Of a stretch of DNA of 64,000 nucleotides, positions 51,280 to 64,000 are shown piece by piece (position 1 is the stretch's first letter; each line of letters starts with the position of its first letter). The position numbers and the translations under genes were made by a program. The notes beneath the pieces are model-generated. The model saw nothing but the letters and a program-made list of their open reading frames with translations, did not search any database and was not told the origin of the DNA. The DNA comes from Diplonema japonicum (lineage: Eukaryota > Protista > Euglenozoa: Diplonemea), in the NCBI GenBank assembly GCA_964019335.1, contig OZ025660.1, forward strand, positions 620,001 to 684,000, read 5' to 3'.

Positions 51280-52057
51280 CCACTTACCTACCGCCAAGTA
51301 ATGCTTTACCGACCTCGAGGTAACGGTAAAGTCATTACTTGTTGGCAGTAAATAGCTATTATTTTGATTGCAGTCATATCTGAATAGAAACACAGAACAC
51401 ATCTGCACACATCTCTTCTTCTTTTTTTCTCTCTTTTTTTTTATTTTTTTTTTTCCTTCCAAGATTCCTTTCATCCTTTCTGTTTTTTTTTTTTTTTTTT
51501 TTTTTTTTTCCTTCTTTTTTCTTTTTGTTTCGCTCACGCGTGATGAGGGGAAAAGAAAAAAAGAAAAGGTACAAGTCGAAAGGCCACTTTGTCTTTCCTG
51601 AGTGGTGTTTGTACCCTGTCCCCCCCCTCCCCCCCTCCTCCATTTATACATATTCTCTGTTCCGCCCCTCTTTTTTATTTCCCTTCTCTTTTTATTTTTA
51701 TTTTATTTTTTTTTCCTTTACTCCATTTCTCAAAATAAAAAAGAAAAATAAAAGAGCTAAAAACCGGGGTGGTGGGGGGTGAGAAGAAAATTAAAACAGG
51801 GGGGGGGGAGAAAAAAAGAGAAAAATCAGAGAAAGTAGATACCGTAAGAGGATAGGTTAGGTGTGATTTTTTTTTTTTTTTTTTTCATGATAAAAAAAAA
51901 AAAACTGTTGTTTTTAAGGTATGCGCATGTGCACTCCTGCCGACCACCCACCAATTGCCGCTTACAACGGGGGTTTCAAAAAAAAAATTCTTTTTCTCCC
52001 ATCTTTTTTACTTTCCCTCTCTCGCATCTTTCCCCGGTGTCCGATGCCCCGCCCAAT

Positions 52058-53034
52058 CTATCGCTTTCGATCACTTCCACCGTTCAGTCTTCTCAATTCT
52101 GCACAGCTAGGCGTAGCAACTTTCGATGCCTGTGCAAAGTGTGTTTTTTTTAAGTCCAACAAAAATTTAAAAAAAAAAAAACCTTTTCTTTCATAGCCTC
52201 GGAGTTCTCGTACTGATTAGCCCTCTTCAGAAGCATTTCCTTGTGTGCTCTTTCTTTTTGACAGCTCTTTTGCAAATGCCCTCTATGCGCCCGAAACACA
52301 CTCGTTTCGATCTGTGTGTTTTTTTTTTTCTTCATTTTTTTTTTTTTTCATATGTATATCCCAAACCTCTCTAACCGCTCTCCTATTGCCCGCATAGTCC
52401 CGTCGGAAGGAGGGCCGCACGTAGTAGGGCACCTTAGCCCAGTCGTTTGTGATACGCTGTTCAGTGTACCCGCCTGTAATTTGATTTTTTTTTTTTTTTT
52501 AAAGTGCCACACACGTTCGTAGTCCTGCTTCAAGCTGTACGGCACAGAGTCTGTCTGGTCCAGTCCCATGCCCGACAGGATGTAGAACAGCAACAATATT
52601 AAAATAGGAAGCGAGTTCATGAACTGCATTAACCCGTTCGCTTGCTCCCTCTGCCGCCTCTCCTGGTGGTTGTGCTGCTGGTGCTGCCGCCTTTGAGGCG
52701 GCTGGAAGCCACGAAGAATATCAAACAAGTCAAAAAGATCCTCCGGCTGTTGAGGATGGTACGCCCTGCGGGCACCACTCTCTCCGTTGAGCCCCTCCTC
52801 ACCCACCTGGTCGTACACCCGTCTCTTTTGAGAGTCTGCGAGAACAGCATGTGCCTGTCCCACCGCTTTGAACGCGTCTTCTGCCCGTGGCAATGTGTTC
52901 TTGTCGGGATGCAGTCTCACAGCTAACCTCTTGTAGCTCTTCTTGATCTCTTCCACTGTCGCATCTCTCGACACCTTCAGCCTCATGTAGTAGTCCTTCG
53001 TGCCCAACACATGTTGGATGTCCTCCGCGCTCAT
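52058..53034 (-). CDS. DnaJ subfamily B member 12/14-like (J domain, TM helix, DUF1977-like tail); 3 introns
   Basis: J domain with HPD (LAVRLHPDKN); TM LPILILLLFYIL; spliced tail YSLKQDYERGYTEQRIT...VPYYVRPSF...IETSV...LQKSC...ATPSCAEL. Confidence 0.85.
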
Positions 53035-53343
53035 GAAGTGTCGTTAGCTGAGGAGGGCGCCCCTCCCAACCTACTGGTCCGGAACATGATATGCGAGATT
53101 GATACAAAAGAAGGGGAGAAGAAAAAAAAAAACTCGGATCTATAGATTCTCTAAAGTGTGTGGGGGTGGTTTCGTCTTTTTTCTTCTTTTTTTTTCTTCT
53201 TTTTTTCTTCCCTTCTAATTTGGAAGGGGGTATATATATAAAAAAAAAAAAAAAAAAAAAAGCACACATACAAAAAGAAAAGAAAAGAAAAAAAAACGAG
53301 GGGAAAGCTCATAAGCTCTGTTGTGCTGGTGAAGTAGACCTTT

Positions 53344-56300
53344 TCAAACTGCCTTTTTCTTCTTCTCCTTTCTTTTTCCTCTTTTAACGTCTTGATTTGT
53401 GGTTCTGTCTCCAGCTGCCGACTTTGGCTGAAGATGCCCGCTGTGTGTTTTTCTTTGTTGGTTTGTTCCCCTCCTCTGTACCTTTGGGGTGTCTTCACGT
53501 CTTGGGGAGCGGTAAGAGCTTGTTGCACTGCTTTGACTACCTGGGAAAAAAATTTTTTTTTAAAATCCCCACTCTTTCCTCTCCGTCCTCTATACCATGC
53601 TTTTTAGTAAGGTCAGCCATTCTGTTCATCACAAACTGGAACGAGGTGCTGTCGCGAGTTCGTGCTGTAAAAGTGTCGAGGGCGGTACGTTTCGAGCATA
53701 CCAGGGGGTGACCGAGCTTTGCCTATTCTTTGTGACTGGACACGTAGCTCGCGTCGTAGGGCGGAGGCGCTGGAGGGCATAGACGAGACAGAGATGTCGT
53801 CGGCCTCGGTGCAAGAAGAGATGTCGCTTGGTAGGGTGTACCTTGAAGGGGAAGGTGGGGAGTCGCTGATGTCAGATGTGAGAGCTGTGGACAGCACCTG
53901 CAGGCGGTACCTTAGCGTTTTGACCTCCTTCGCTTGCTGTGCTCCATGTGCCTCTTGGTCATGCAGTCTCGTTAGCAGCAACTTGTTCTTCTTCCTCTCC
54001 ATCGCAATAGCCTTCTCGGCATGCTTCAACACCCGTTTTGTCTCCATCATCATTTCCTCTCCCATTTCGCTTACCTCGCTCTCAGGCGACACCTCCGACA
54101 AGAGCCCTTCCATTAGCATCCCTTCGCTGCATGTGCTCGTGTCCACTGTCCGCATATTCCTCTTTGACTTTAATGCTTTGTTCTCGCCGTGCAACTCGCT
54201 GTTCTCTTCCTGCAGCGCTCTATTTTCACCCTGCTGTTCGCTCCTCTCTTCTTGCAGTATATTGTTTTCCTTCCTCAACGATCTGTTCTCCTTTTGCAGC
54301 GCAGCTAGCGACTGCTCGATCTCGTCCATCCTCGCCATGCACGTCTCCATCTCCACCTTCATCATGGCGTTCTCCTCCAGCACGCTTTGCCTCTCGAGGA
54401 GCTCTTTTTCCTTCTCGTGCAACTCTTTCTCCAGTTTGGTCTGCTTCTCGATGCCTGTCTGCAGTTCTCTCGTCATCTCTTCCAACATGTCGCCATTCTG
54501 TTCGTGTTGTCATCACATTGGGAGCATACCTGTGCTGTGGCATCGTCCAGCTTGAACTCCAGTTTGCGTTTCTCCTCCTTGCCCCTCTTAAGCCTTCCTT
54601 CCAAGCTCTCGACTGTTGTGTTCAGGATCTTCGTTTGGTACTGCTCTTGACGCAGTTTAGAGCCCACTGCTTGGTGTGCCTCGGTCGCTTTAGCCAGTTC
54701 TGCCTTAAGCTCGTCGTTGACAATACCCACCTCACTCACAAGAGCCATTTCGGACTCGTGCTTACTAATGAGGCTCAAGATGCGCTTGTTGAGTGTGTCT
54801 GCCTTGGATGACGCAGTTGCACCTGCCTGCCTGCTCCCGTCGAGCTCTGTCTCCAGAGCGATCACCTTCTCACGCAGGATGCTGCTCGCATGTCTTTCCG
54901 CCTCGCACTCTGCGGCCTTCACCTTCGCATCGTTAATGGCACTCTTCACGCGCTGCTCTGCCGCCGTCACTGTGGCCTTCAACATGGCAATCTGTTCTGA
55001 GTCCACCGAATGCTGCACCTTCTTCAGGGTTTCTTGCAAGGTCTCTATGCGCAGGTCACGCTGTGATAGTTCCCTTTTGAACAACTCGCATGCCTCCTTC
55101 GCTTGGTTCAGCTCTAAGCTCCGTTGCCGTGCCTCTTCCCGGGCGAGGGACAGGTCTGCCTTCAGAACCGCGAGCTTGATGTCCGGCGCACCCAACCTGC
55201 CAGCCTCGCCCTTTGTCGAGAGCTTCGTGAGGTACGCATCACGCTCTGCCTTTACGGACGCCAGACTGGTCTGCGTCTTCTGGAGCTCATCCTTCAGGAC
55301 CTCGACCTGTTCCTCTGATGCTTGTAAGAAAGTCTGCAGGCTGCTGTCCGACCCCTCCCGGGGCTCTGAGGATGCCCGTGCCTTTCTCAGCTCTGTTTCC
55401 AGTCCCCACCTTGTTGTGCTTTCCTTGACAAGCTGGTCCTGGACGGTGGCTCCCAGTGACGTTTGGTGCTCAAGCTCACCCGTCAGCTTTTCCACCTGTT
55501 CCCTGTACTTGCCGAGCTCTTCCCGAAGCTCTGTGCACTCCTCCTCCCACCCGTCCCCCTGCATCATCGACATCTGGCTGATGAGCTCATCCACCTTTAC
55601 ACGCAGCATGTCACGTTCCTTTCGCACACTGTCCTCGCAGGTCCATGAATTGTCTGTTGTGTAGTGCAGTCTCTCCTCCAACTCTTCTCGCTCTTTCTGC
55701 AGCTCGCTGTTCGCACTCCGCATGGCCTCCGATTGCATCCTCGTCTCCTCCACCATCTCTGTCAGCGCCTCTGTCTCCGCCTCCAGACTGCAGTTTTTTT
55801 GCTTCAGGTCATCAATTGTGCTCTCAACCTCTTGCAACCTGCTGCAATTCAGCACTGCCCCTTCGATAATGGCCTGCATGATTGCAGAGCGTGCTGTGGA
55901 TTCCATCGTGGCGATGTCGATGCGCTCAGCGGCCTCATCGATCTGCAGAATGGAGAGGGACCTGCTTGCTACGCGTGACCCCCGCTCGGACTCGCATGCG
56001 TTGACCAATTGTACGTTTTGCTCTTCGAGCTGCCGCAGCTGGGTGAGGATGGACTCCTTGAAGTTGTTGGAGTTGGAGGCTTCGATTTCCTTGGTGTGCA
56101 GGGCGTCCCGAAGGGTTTGAAGATCAAGGTCGGTGCAGTCGGCTTGTTTTGAAGCATCAGTGAGAGTGGAAGCGATGGAGCGTGTAGGGGAGAGCGGCGC
56201 ATCGGTAGGGGGTGAGACCTCTAGAGAGGCTGGCGAGTCGAAGAAGAAACGGCGAGTGCGATCGCGGGATCGGGGCGTGCCCTGCCTGCGACGACGCTGT

Positions 56301-56557
56301 TTGTTGAGCGCAGGAGGAGGCAGCATGCTGTGCGTGCCCATCTCATCTGTGTCGACAGCATCTGCCTCCGCAAAACTATCACTCGCATTACCAGGAGGCG
56401 AGGGTGGAGGTGGTGTCCAGCTCAACCGTCTGGCCAAGGGCGAGGGCGACCCTCCTCTTTTCTCCAAACGCCGCCGCCGTCCTTTGTTCGATATCCTACT
56501 CACCTCGAACGGCGGACTCTCCGGGATCAGAAGCGGTGATCTCTGTGTGTGTGGCAT
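53344..56557 (-). CDS. Long coiled-coil protein with Pro/Ser-rich N-terminus; about 3 introns
   Basis: Heptad-rich ORFs 54473-56557 and 53613-54488 joined by a 32-nt GT-AG intron at 54498-54529; two further GT-AG introns inferred near 53.7 and 53.55 kb, so the 3' end is approximate. Confidence 0.7.
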
Positions 56558-57422
56558 CTCGTCCCCGTCCTCCCATCTGGTTGGCTTGTCGAGAAGAACA
56601 AAATACAAGAGGGGGGGGAAATTGCTGGAAACAGCAAATAAATAATAGATGCACGAATGCAGAATAAGAAGGAAAAGAGGAAAAAGAAAACAAGGAAAAA
56701 ACGAGGGGGAAAAAAACAAAAGAACGGCGGGGAGCTTTTATTTAAGAAATAATATGGGGGGGGATAAAGAGAGGTGAAGGGAACAAGGATAACGAAAAAG
56801 GCGGCTTTTTGTGTAAATGAAAACGCTAGTTCAGTTTACTTATGATGGTCACCACCTCTTACAATACCCACACCCTTCATTTCCCTCTTGCAGTTCTGCA
56901 CCTCCATCCCCCTCTTCGTTTCTTCTGTTCTTTTTCTTTTTTTTTCTCCTTTTTTCTTTTTTCTTATTCTTTTTTTTTCGGGGGGGGTGTGTGGTTCGTT
57001 GCAAGTATAACTCTTTCTGTATGTCTTCCCCTCCCCCCGTGTCTTATATTTCATTCAGCATGAAAAATAAAAATAAAAGGGAGGAAGACAATGGGAAGAC
57101 AAGACAGGATCGGAAAGAATTTGTGTAGAGAGGGAAAAGGGTTGAAATCAACTCTTCACGTTTATGCACCGCGTGCCGGGGGATTTTTTTCTTCTTCCTT
57201 TTGTTGATTTTTCCCCCTCATCATCGTCTTCGCCACCCACTTCCTCAATCAGCAGTAAGATAACACTCGCTATGATACCTAATGGACGCCGAACAAAAAA
57301 AAAAAAAGAAATAAAAAGCGTTTCTCCATAAACGAGTCACCACAACACGTCTTAACTAAACCAAAGGGAGAAATATAAAAAAATGGAATAAAAAGACGTT
57401 CATTCAAAAAGAAACTCGATAG

Positions 57423-57520
57423 GTTGTACCGAAAGTACCCTTCGACTGCTTATGGCACGTTCTGAGAGGACCGGCCTCTTGCCGTGCCCCTGTGCATGGG
57501 TCGAAGGGCTTTCAATACAA
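57423..57520 (-). promoter_or_regulatory. Long stem-loop in the 3' UTR of GH141-like copy 3
   Basis: Minus strand ttgtattgaaag/ctttcggtacaa, cccttcgac/gtcgaaggg, ggcacg/cgtgcc and agagg/cctct; G-U pairs favour the minus strand. Confidence 0.5.
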
Positions 57521-57633
57521 AACACAATAAAATAATTCTCAGTGAATTTTATCAGCGTTATCAGTGGTGGAGGGAAGGGTGCAAAAAAAAAAATAAAATA
57601 AAATAAAATAAATAAACAAAAATGAATGAAAAA

Positions 57634-60181
57634 CTACATCCTAAGCTTGGTCTTGGCCAGATTGATGAGAAGGCCTTCGGGGACAGGGAACTTTTTCACT
57701 ACAGCCCCCGGGAAGTTCGGAGGGCTGTGGTGGCAGTACGAAGCTATGCCTGTAGGGGTGTAGACGGTGAGATCATGGACAATGGTTTCACCTGGGGTGC
57801 CAGTGCAGTCAGCACTACTGCCTATGGTTTCACCAGTCATCACAAGGGTGCTGTTGTAGAAGTAGTCTTCATGTCCAGTTATCTGCTTCACCACAGTGAA
57901 CCCGGTACCAACGTAGGCGTAGACATTCCCGTACTGCACATTGTCATGGCCACCGTAGTCATTCTTCATCCCCCTGGCCCCCGCCACAAGGAAGTTGTCA
58001 TGTGTGCGGTAGAACCCGCTCCCATCATCGTTGTCAACATCTTCCTGGGGGTAATAGTTGTCAATGAAGAAGTTGTTCGAGATTGTCCTCCACGCCATCT
58101 GCACAGAGGGCTCACCAGTCCTCACAGTTGTCAGGAACGGCTGCCTGTCCCACGAGTTGAAAGGCCCGTGGTCACCGCTCTCCCTGCATGTGGAGAAGAC
58201 AAGATTCCCGTGGAGCACATCGCCGCCCCCGAAGCCGTCGTTGAAGTTGATCCCCGCACGTGGGCCGTTGAAGAATACGTTGTATTGGATATTCGACTGC
58301 GCCACCTTCCCTTGGAAGTAAAAGCTCGACTGCTTCTCTGTGTTTTTTTTTTTTTTGTTGTGTAATATAGAAAGAACTAAAGCACACCATAGTGTCCGAT
58401 CTCACGGGCTACGTTGTACTTCACAGTGGTGTACCTCGGGTGGTTCCCGTCGGTGCCGTCGAAGCCCTCAAGCGGGTTGGCGGCCGTCTCGTTGGTGTAC
58501 CCCCAGGCGGCGATAGGGTCTGCGCCCACCCATGCAAACTCGTTCCCACTGATTGTTGCGTTGCGGTTGTACCCACTCACGAACTGTTTTTTTTCTTTTC
58601 TTTTTTTTCCCCCATTTTTTTTTTTTCTTTCTTGCTTTCGTTACATACCACGCCACTCCCGTCAATGCGGGTGATGAAGTTGCTGTCAACGGTGCACTGC
58701 TCGGTGCCCTCCAAGAAGACCGCCCCCATCCTAGCGAGCGCGGTATCACCACCAGAGGGAACGCCGTGAGGGTCCATGTAAGTGTAGCGGGTGGCGGTCA
58801 TCTTCAGCCCACGAATGGTGACACCGACAATGGGGTTCCAGCGGGTCTCCGCAGTGAGGTTGAAGAGAGTCTTGATCTGGGGGATGACGTACTCCCCGTC
58901 GGCAGGTGGGGCACCAGTCGCATTGTGGTAGAAGTACATCTTCTTCGCTGCCCTGTCGTAGAAGAACTCGTTCGGGTAGTCGAACTCCTCGAACACATTC
59001 TCAACGAACCACGGCCCCCCGAAGACGTCACCCCTGGAGCCTTGGAATCCACCTTTCCCGAATGTGATGTTGTGCCTCTCTGCGTCATACCCTGCCACTT
59101 CGAACATCCAGTTTGCCCAGCGCTTAGGCCTCCATGCGTTCACAATGGCACCCTCCATCGTCTTGTAGGGCATGTGAAGCCCAGAGTCAGCCCCACCGTT
59201 GGGGGGCGCAATCAACCTTTCGTCGGGGCGCACACCCTGTGGGATACGGTAGTAGGTCGCACTCCCGCCCCTAGGGAAGATCGAGCACCAGTAAGAGACA
59301 GGAGGCGTGAAGATTTCGCAAGGGCCCCCAATGCCCACCATGTACTTGTTGAATCCATAGTGGCTATCATTCCTCATCTGCGAAGGGTTCTCGTTGGTCA
59401 CGAACTTCTGCTTGAACTGCAAGTCGATGTCGGGTATATGCCAAATAGCAGACTCAGGCAGGCCAGACATCATCTGCACACCTTGAGGGTTGCCAGCTTC
59501 AGCCTGCCTCTCAGGGAGTTCGACGTTCCCGTTGGGGTAGCGTGCCCTCGTGGCACGGACCCCGTTCATCTGGAAGCCCCACGCGTAGTCGATGCCTGCC
59601 TGCGACATGTCTGCGGTGTACATGTTGTTCCCGTTCGCGACATTGTACGGCTGCCAGTCAAGACCCACCTTCTTCCCCCCGCTCACCGTCACCGCCTCCC
59701 CGTTGTAGTTCTGGATCGTGAGGTCCTTGTTCTCAGCCGTCACCTGAACCGCCTCAGTGAGGTAGCATGTCCCCGCCCGCAGGTTCACCGTTGTCTGCTG
59801 CCCCTTCCCTTTCGTCACCGCTGCCTGGATAGTCTTCAGGGGTGCCGTGATCGACCCGGAGTTCCCGTCGCTCCCCGTCGCGCAGTCCACGAACAACACT
59901 GCCGCGTCACCGGGCCTCGATGTGGGGAACGGGCCCCTCTTCGCCTCCTGGTCGGCGGGGGTGAAGCTCGGGATTCCACCAGTGTAGTTCTGGCAGTCCT
60001 TGTTCAGACCCAGTGCGTAGTACAGGTTCTCGAACTTCCCAAGTCGGGGGACGGTCTTCTGCCCGTACTCCCATGCGAGCTTCCTCATCTTACAGTTGAA
60101 TGACTCGGGGCCATTGCTCCATACAGCTGTCGAGGTCTGCGCTGCCCCGAGCAGCAGCATCGCCATCGCGAGCGTCTTCAT
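57634..60181 (-). CDS. Secreted GH141-like beta-helix protein, copy 3 (most diverged); 2 introns
   Basis: Same architecture and first two intron positions as copies 1 and 2, with different purine-rich intron sequences. Confidence 0.75.
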
Positions 60182-61058
60182 CGTCGTCGCGGATCTGAAT
60201 GTTGATGAGAAAAGAGTATCAAAGCACTGTATGAAAGAGAGGGAGAGAGAGAGGAATGGATTGCGGGCGTTGCCAACTTGTGTGAGTTGGACGAGGCTCC
60301 CCGTCGTGTTTCAGAAGACAGAAAGAAGATTAAAAGAGTATCAGACCAAAGATGGTCCTTTAGTTTGCGTTCTTTATCTTTCCTCATTTCGTGTCTAACT
60401 GAAAGTAGCACTTGCCTGCCCCATTGATGGATGCAGCAACTCCTTTCGTCTTTTTTATTTTAACTTTTTGGAAGAAAGACCTTGATTCGTCTCTTAAGGT
60501 ACCGTTCACGAGTTTAATAACAACAGAAGGTATTTTATTCTTCTTTTTTTCTGCTCCAACGTTGGTGCCTGAAGGGGAAGGGTAAAAAAAATTGTGGTCA
60601 CTGTATTTCCATACTTTCTGTTGTTTATTTCCCCAGAAATCTCCTTACAATTTCAAGATTTCTGAAAAGGAGAAGGGGAACTATACGTCAATCAAAGAAG
60701 GAAAAAAAGAAAAGAAAAGAGGAGAATTTCAAAGAAGAATAGGTTAGCAAGAATCGTGGGTTTCTCAAAGAAAAGACCCTTTTAAATCTTTGGTTCCTGC
60801 CCCAAGGTTTCTTTGGAACTTTTACCGACTTCTTTGCGAAAGGTGCCCACATCTTGTCCTGCTTGTCATTCAAGCGGGGCTCGCTTCCACATCACGGAAA
60901 AGAATCGTTCATCCGACAAAAAAGAAGAAAAGTGAAGAAATCAAGGAGTCCGTTTGTTTGATTTTAACAAAATCCTGAGATCTCCTTTTTCACCCTCCCT
61001 GTCCTATTAAAAAAAAAGAAAAAAAAAAAAAAAAAAAAAGCATAAATAAGAATTGCAC

Positions 61059-61095
<37 letters not shown>

Positions 61096-61250
61096 CCTTT
61101 TTCTCTTTTTTTCCAGTATGGATTATTGGAAAGCAGAGGAAGAAAAAAATGGAAATAACAGTGAATAAAAAAAAAAAAAAAAAAAAAAAAAGAAAGAAAG
61201 AAAGAGAGGAATCATGAAAAGGGAGAATGAATGAGATTCTTTAGATACAT

Positions 61251-63750
61251 TCACATCCCAAGCTTGGTCTTGGCCAGGTTGATGATGTACTCATCGGTTG
61301 GGAGCTTGTTGACAGTGGTGCCGGGGGACTGAGGAGGGCTGTGTCCGCACTCGGTGGCTTTACCAGAGGGCGTGAAAACGTTGAGGTTCTTCACGATGGT
61401 GGCCCCGGGACCGGAGCAACCTTCACCGTTTCCGAGCTCCTCATCGGTCATGACGACAGTGTTGTTGAAGAAGGCATCGACGTGGCCGGCGATCTGGCTG
61501 CAGATGCCGAAGCCCTGCTTCACGTACCCGTAGATGTTGTCGAAGTGCCAGTTGTCGTGGCCACCGAAGTCGTTCTTCATCCCCACATTACCAGAGACAA
61601 AGAAGTTGTCATGAGTGTGGAAGAACCCACTCCCATCATCGTTGTCAATGTCCTCCTGCTGGTTGTAGTTGTTGATGAAGAAGTTGTTCGAGATGGTCCT
61701 CCACGCCATCTGCACAGAGGGCTCACCAGTCCTCACAGTTGTCAGGAACGGCTGCCTGTCCCACGAGTTGAAAGGTCCGTGGTCCTGCGTCTCCCTCAAG
61801 GCAGAGAAGACAAGGTTTCCGTGCAGCGTGTCAGCACCCCCGAAACCGTCGTTGAAGTTGATCCCCGCACGTGGTGCGTTGAAGAACACGTTGTACTGCA
61901 AGTTCGACTCCGCCACCTTCCCTTGGAAGTAGAAGGCCGACTGCTTCTCTGTTGTTGTTGTTGTGGATCAACCCATCGTCCCAAAGGCATACCGTAGTGT
62001 CCGATCTCACGGGCCACGTTGTTGATGATGTTGGTGTACCTCGGGTGGTTCCCGTCGGTGCCATCGAAGCCCTCAAGCGGGTTGGCGGCCGTCTCGTTGG
62101 TGTACCCCCAGGCGGCCATGCTGTTCCCACCAATCCATGCGAACTCGTTGCGGCTGACTGTGGCATTGCGGTTGTACCCACTCACGAACTGTTGTGTTGT
62201 TGTTTGAATGTCACATTGCATACCACGCCGTTCCCGTCAATGCGGGTGATGAAGTTGCTGTCAACGGTGCACTGCTCGGTGCCCTCCAAAAAGACCGCCC
62301 CCATCCTTTCCAGACCCCAGTCACCACCAGAGGGAACGCCGTGAGGGTCCATGTAAGTGTAGCGGGTGGCGGTCATCTTCAGCCCACGAATGGTGACACC
62401 GACAATGGGGTTCCAGCGGGTCTCCGCAGTGAGGTTGAAGAGAGTCTTGATCTGGGGGATGACGTACTCCCCGTCGGCAGGTGGGGCACCAGTCGCATTG
62501 TGGTAGAAGTACATCTTCTTCGCTGCCCTGTCGTAGAAGAACTCGTTCGGGTAGTCGAACTCCTCGAACACGTTCTCAATGAACCAGTCACCACCTACGT
62601 TGCTCCCCCTGGAGCCCTGGAATCCACCAAGCCCGAATGTGATGTTGTTGGTGGTGGTGTCGTAAGCACCTGCCTCGAACATCCAGTTTGCCCACCGTGC
62701 GGGCCTGAACGCGTTCACAATGGCACCCTCCATCGTCTTGTAGGGCATGTGAAGCCCAGAGTCAGGCCCGCCGTTGTGAGGAGCAATTACAGACGCATTT
62801 GGAGTCACGCCACGTGGCAAGCGGAAGGGGAAGGCACCACCACCAGAGGTGTTCTGGGAGCACCAGTAAGAGACAGGAGGTGTGTAGATATCGCAAGGGC
62901 CCCCAATGCCCACCATGTACTCCTTGAAGCCGAAAGTGGTGAAGTTCCTCATCTGCGAAGGGTTCGTGTTGGTGACGTACTTCTGTGTTCCCTGCTTGGA
63001 GAAGTCAGGGGGGGTCCAGATGCCGGCAGAGCTGGGAATCATCTGCACACCTTGAGGGTTGCCCGCCTCCTCCTGCCTCTCAGGGAGTTCGACGTTCCCG
63101 TTGGGGTAGCGTGCCCTCGTGGCACGGACCCCGTTCATCTGGAAGCCCCACGCGTAGTCGATGCCTGCCTGCGACATGTCTGCGGTGTACATGTTGTTCC
63201 CGTTCGCGACATTGTACGGCTGCCAGTCAAGACCCACCTTCTTCCCCCCGCTCACCGTCACCGCCTCCCCGTTGTAGTTCTGGATCGTGAGGTCCTTGTT
63301 CTCAGCCGTCACCTGAACCGCCTCAGTGAGGTAGCATGTCCCCGCCCGCAGGTTCACCGTTGTCTGCTGCCCCTTCCCTTTCGTCACCGCTGCCTGGATA
63401 GTCTTCAGGGGTGCCGTGATCGACCCGGAGTTCCCGTCGCTCCCCGTCGCGCAGTCCACGAACAACACTGCCGCGTCACCGGGCCTCGATGTGGGGAACG
63501 GGCCCCTCTTCGCCTCCTGGTCGGCGGGGGTGAAGCTCGGGATTCCACCAGTGTAGTTCTGGCAGTCCTTGTTCAGACCCAGTGCGTAGTACAGGTTCTC
63601 GAACTTCCCAAGTCGGGGGACGGTCTTCTGCCCGTACTCCCATGCGAGCTTCCTCATCTTACAGTTGAATGACTCGGGGCCATTGCTCCATACAGCTGTC
63701 GAGGTCTGCGCTGCCCCGAGCAGCAGCATCGCCATCGCGAGTGTTTTCAT
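61251..63750 (-). CDS. Secreted GH141-like beta-helix protein, copy 4; 2 introns
   Basis: Paralog with blocks matching copies 1, 2 or 3 in alternation. Confidence 0.75.
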
Positions 63751-63789
63751 TTTAGTTTAGAAGTTCTGTGGTTGCGTGATGATGTGGTT

Positions 63790-64000
63790 AGGCATTGCCA
63801 TCACACTCGGAAGAAACTGGCCCGCTTATAAGCTTGCTGAAAGCTTCCTTCTTTCTTCACTTCTCCTCTTGCATCAGGACTGGAGGATGGTATCTTTACT
63901 GCGAAAGGCCTTCCGTGGCACCCGTGCTGTGTTCCTCCCTGGGTTGCTGAAAAAGAAAGCCAGACAGCACACCGGCAAGTTTTGAGATCTTGTACCAGAT
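63790..64000 (-). ncRNA. Third snoRNA array (runs off window): damaged S3, intact S4 (63863-63926), 3' end of S1
   Basis: Near-identical to 37915-38100 and 47540-47730. Confidence 0.7.

Noticed and set aside
60260-60990. Several hairpin-like segments between GH141 copies 3 and 4 as further snoRNAs
   Set aside because: Stems are weak, with no consistent AGA or C/D boxes and no second copies.
1612-62220. Non-canonical (euglenid/Hemistasia-type) introns or stop-codon reassignment
   Set aside because: Every frame break I resolved, except the A-run at ~13190, is explained by a GT-AG intron; no in-frame stops were needed.

Overview
Eukaryotic DNA, most likely a euglenozoan and probably a diplonemid (inference). 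Three things point there: every credible gene is on the minus strand, consistent with polycistronic transcription; both cytochrome c genes carry the single-cysteine haem motif AGQCH; and the genes contain short GT-AG introns of about 32-77 nt, which the ORF track splits into fragments. About 28 protein genes are supportable: Vps23/TSG101, a Nudix hydrolase, a VWA-Vint (Hint) protein, a HAD-IIB phosphatase, a TPR-pseudophosphatase, an EF-hand/WD40 protein, a polycystin-2-like channel, an MPG-like protein, four GH141-like beta-helix glycosidases, an FKRP/LicD-like protein, a sulfatase, an AA10 LPMO with two CBM1-like modules, two cytochromes c, a DnaJB12-like protein, a coiled-coil protein and several hypotheticals. 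The main structure missed by the ORF track is the apparently non-coding mosaic repeat DNA at about 37.7-42.2 kb, 47.3-48.6 kb and 63.8-64.0 kb. It resolves into reiterated, shuffled arrays of minus-strand snoRNAs: single-hairpin H/ACA-like RNAs with AGA boxes and box C/D RNAs. Several have recognisable rRNA targets, including the 18S m1acp3-psi site and the LSU peptidyl-transferase centre. The arrays also hold an unexplained ~390-nt structured RNA candidate and an 18S-like fragment, and they are interleaved with secreted polysaccharide-degrading genes. Other highlights are a putative solute-binding domain inserted in the polycystin extracellular loop, patchwork gene conversion and a paralog-specific intron among the GH141-like copies, and introns whose acceptors follow poly(A) or (CAA)n tracts instead of pyrimidines. 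All calls were made by eye; no database search was run.
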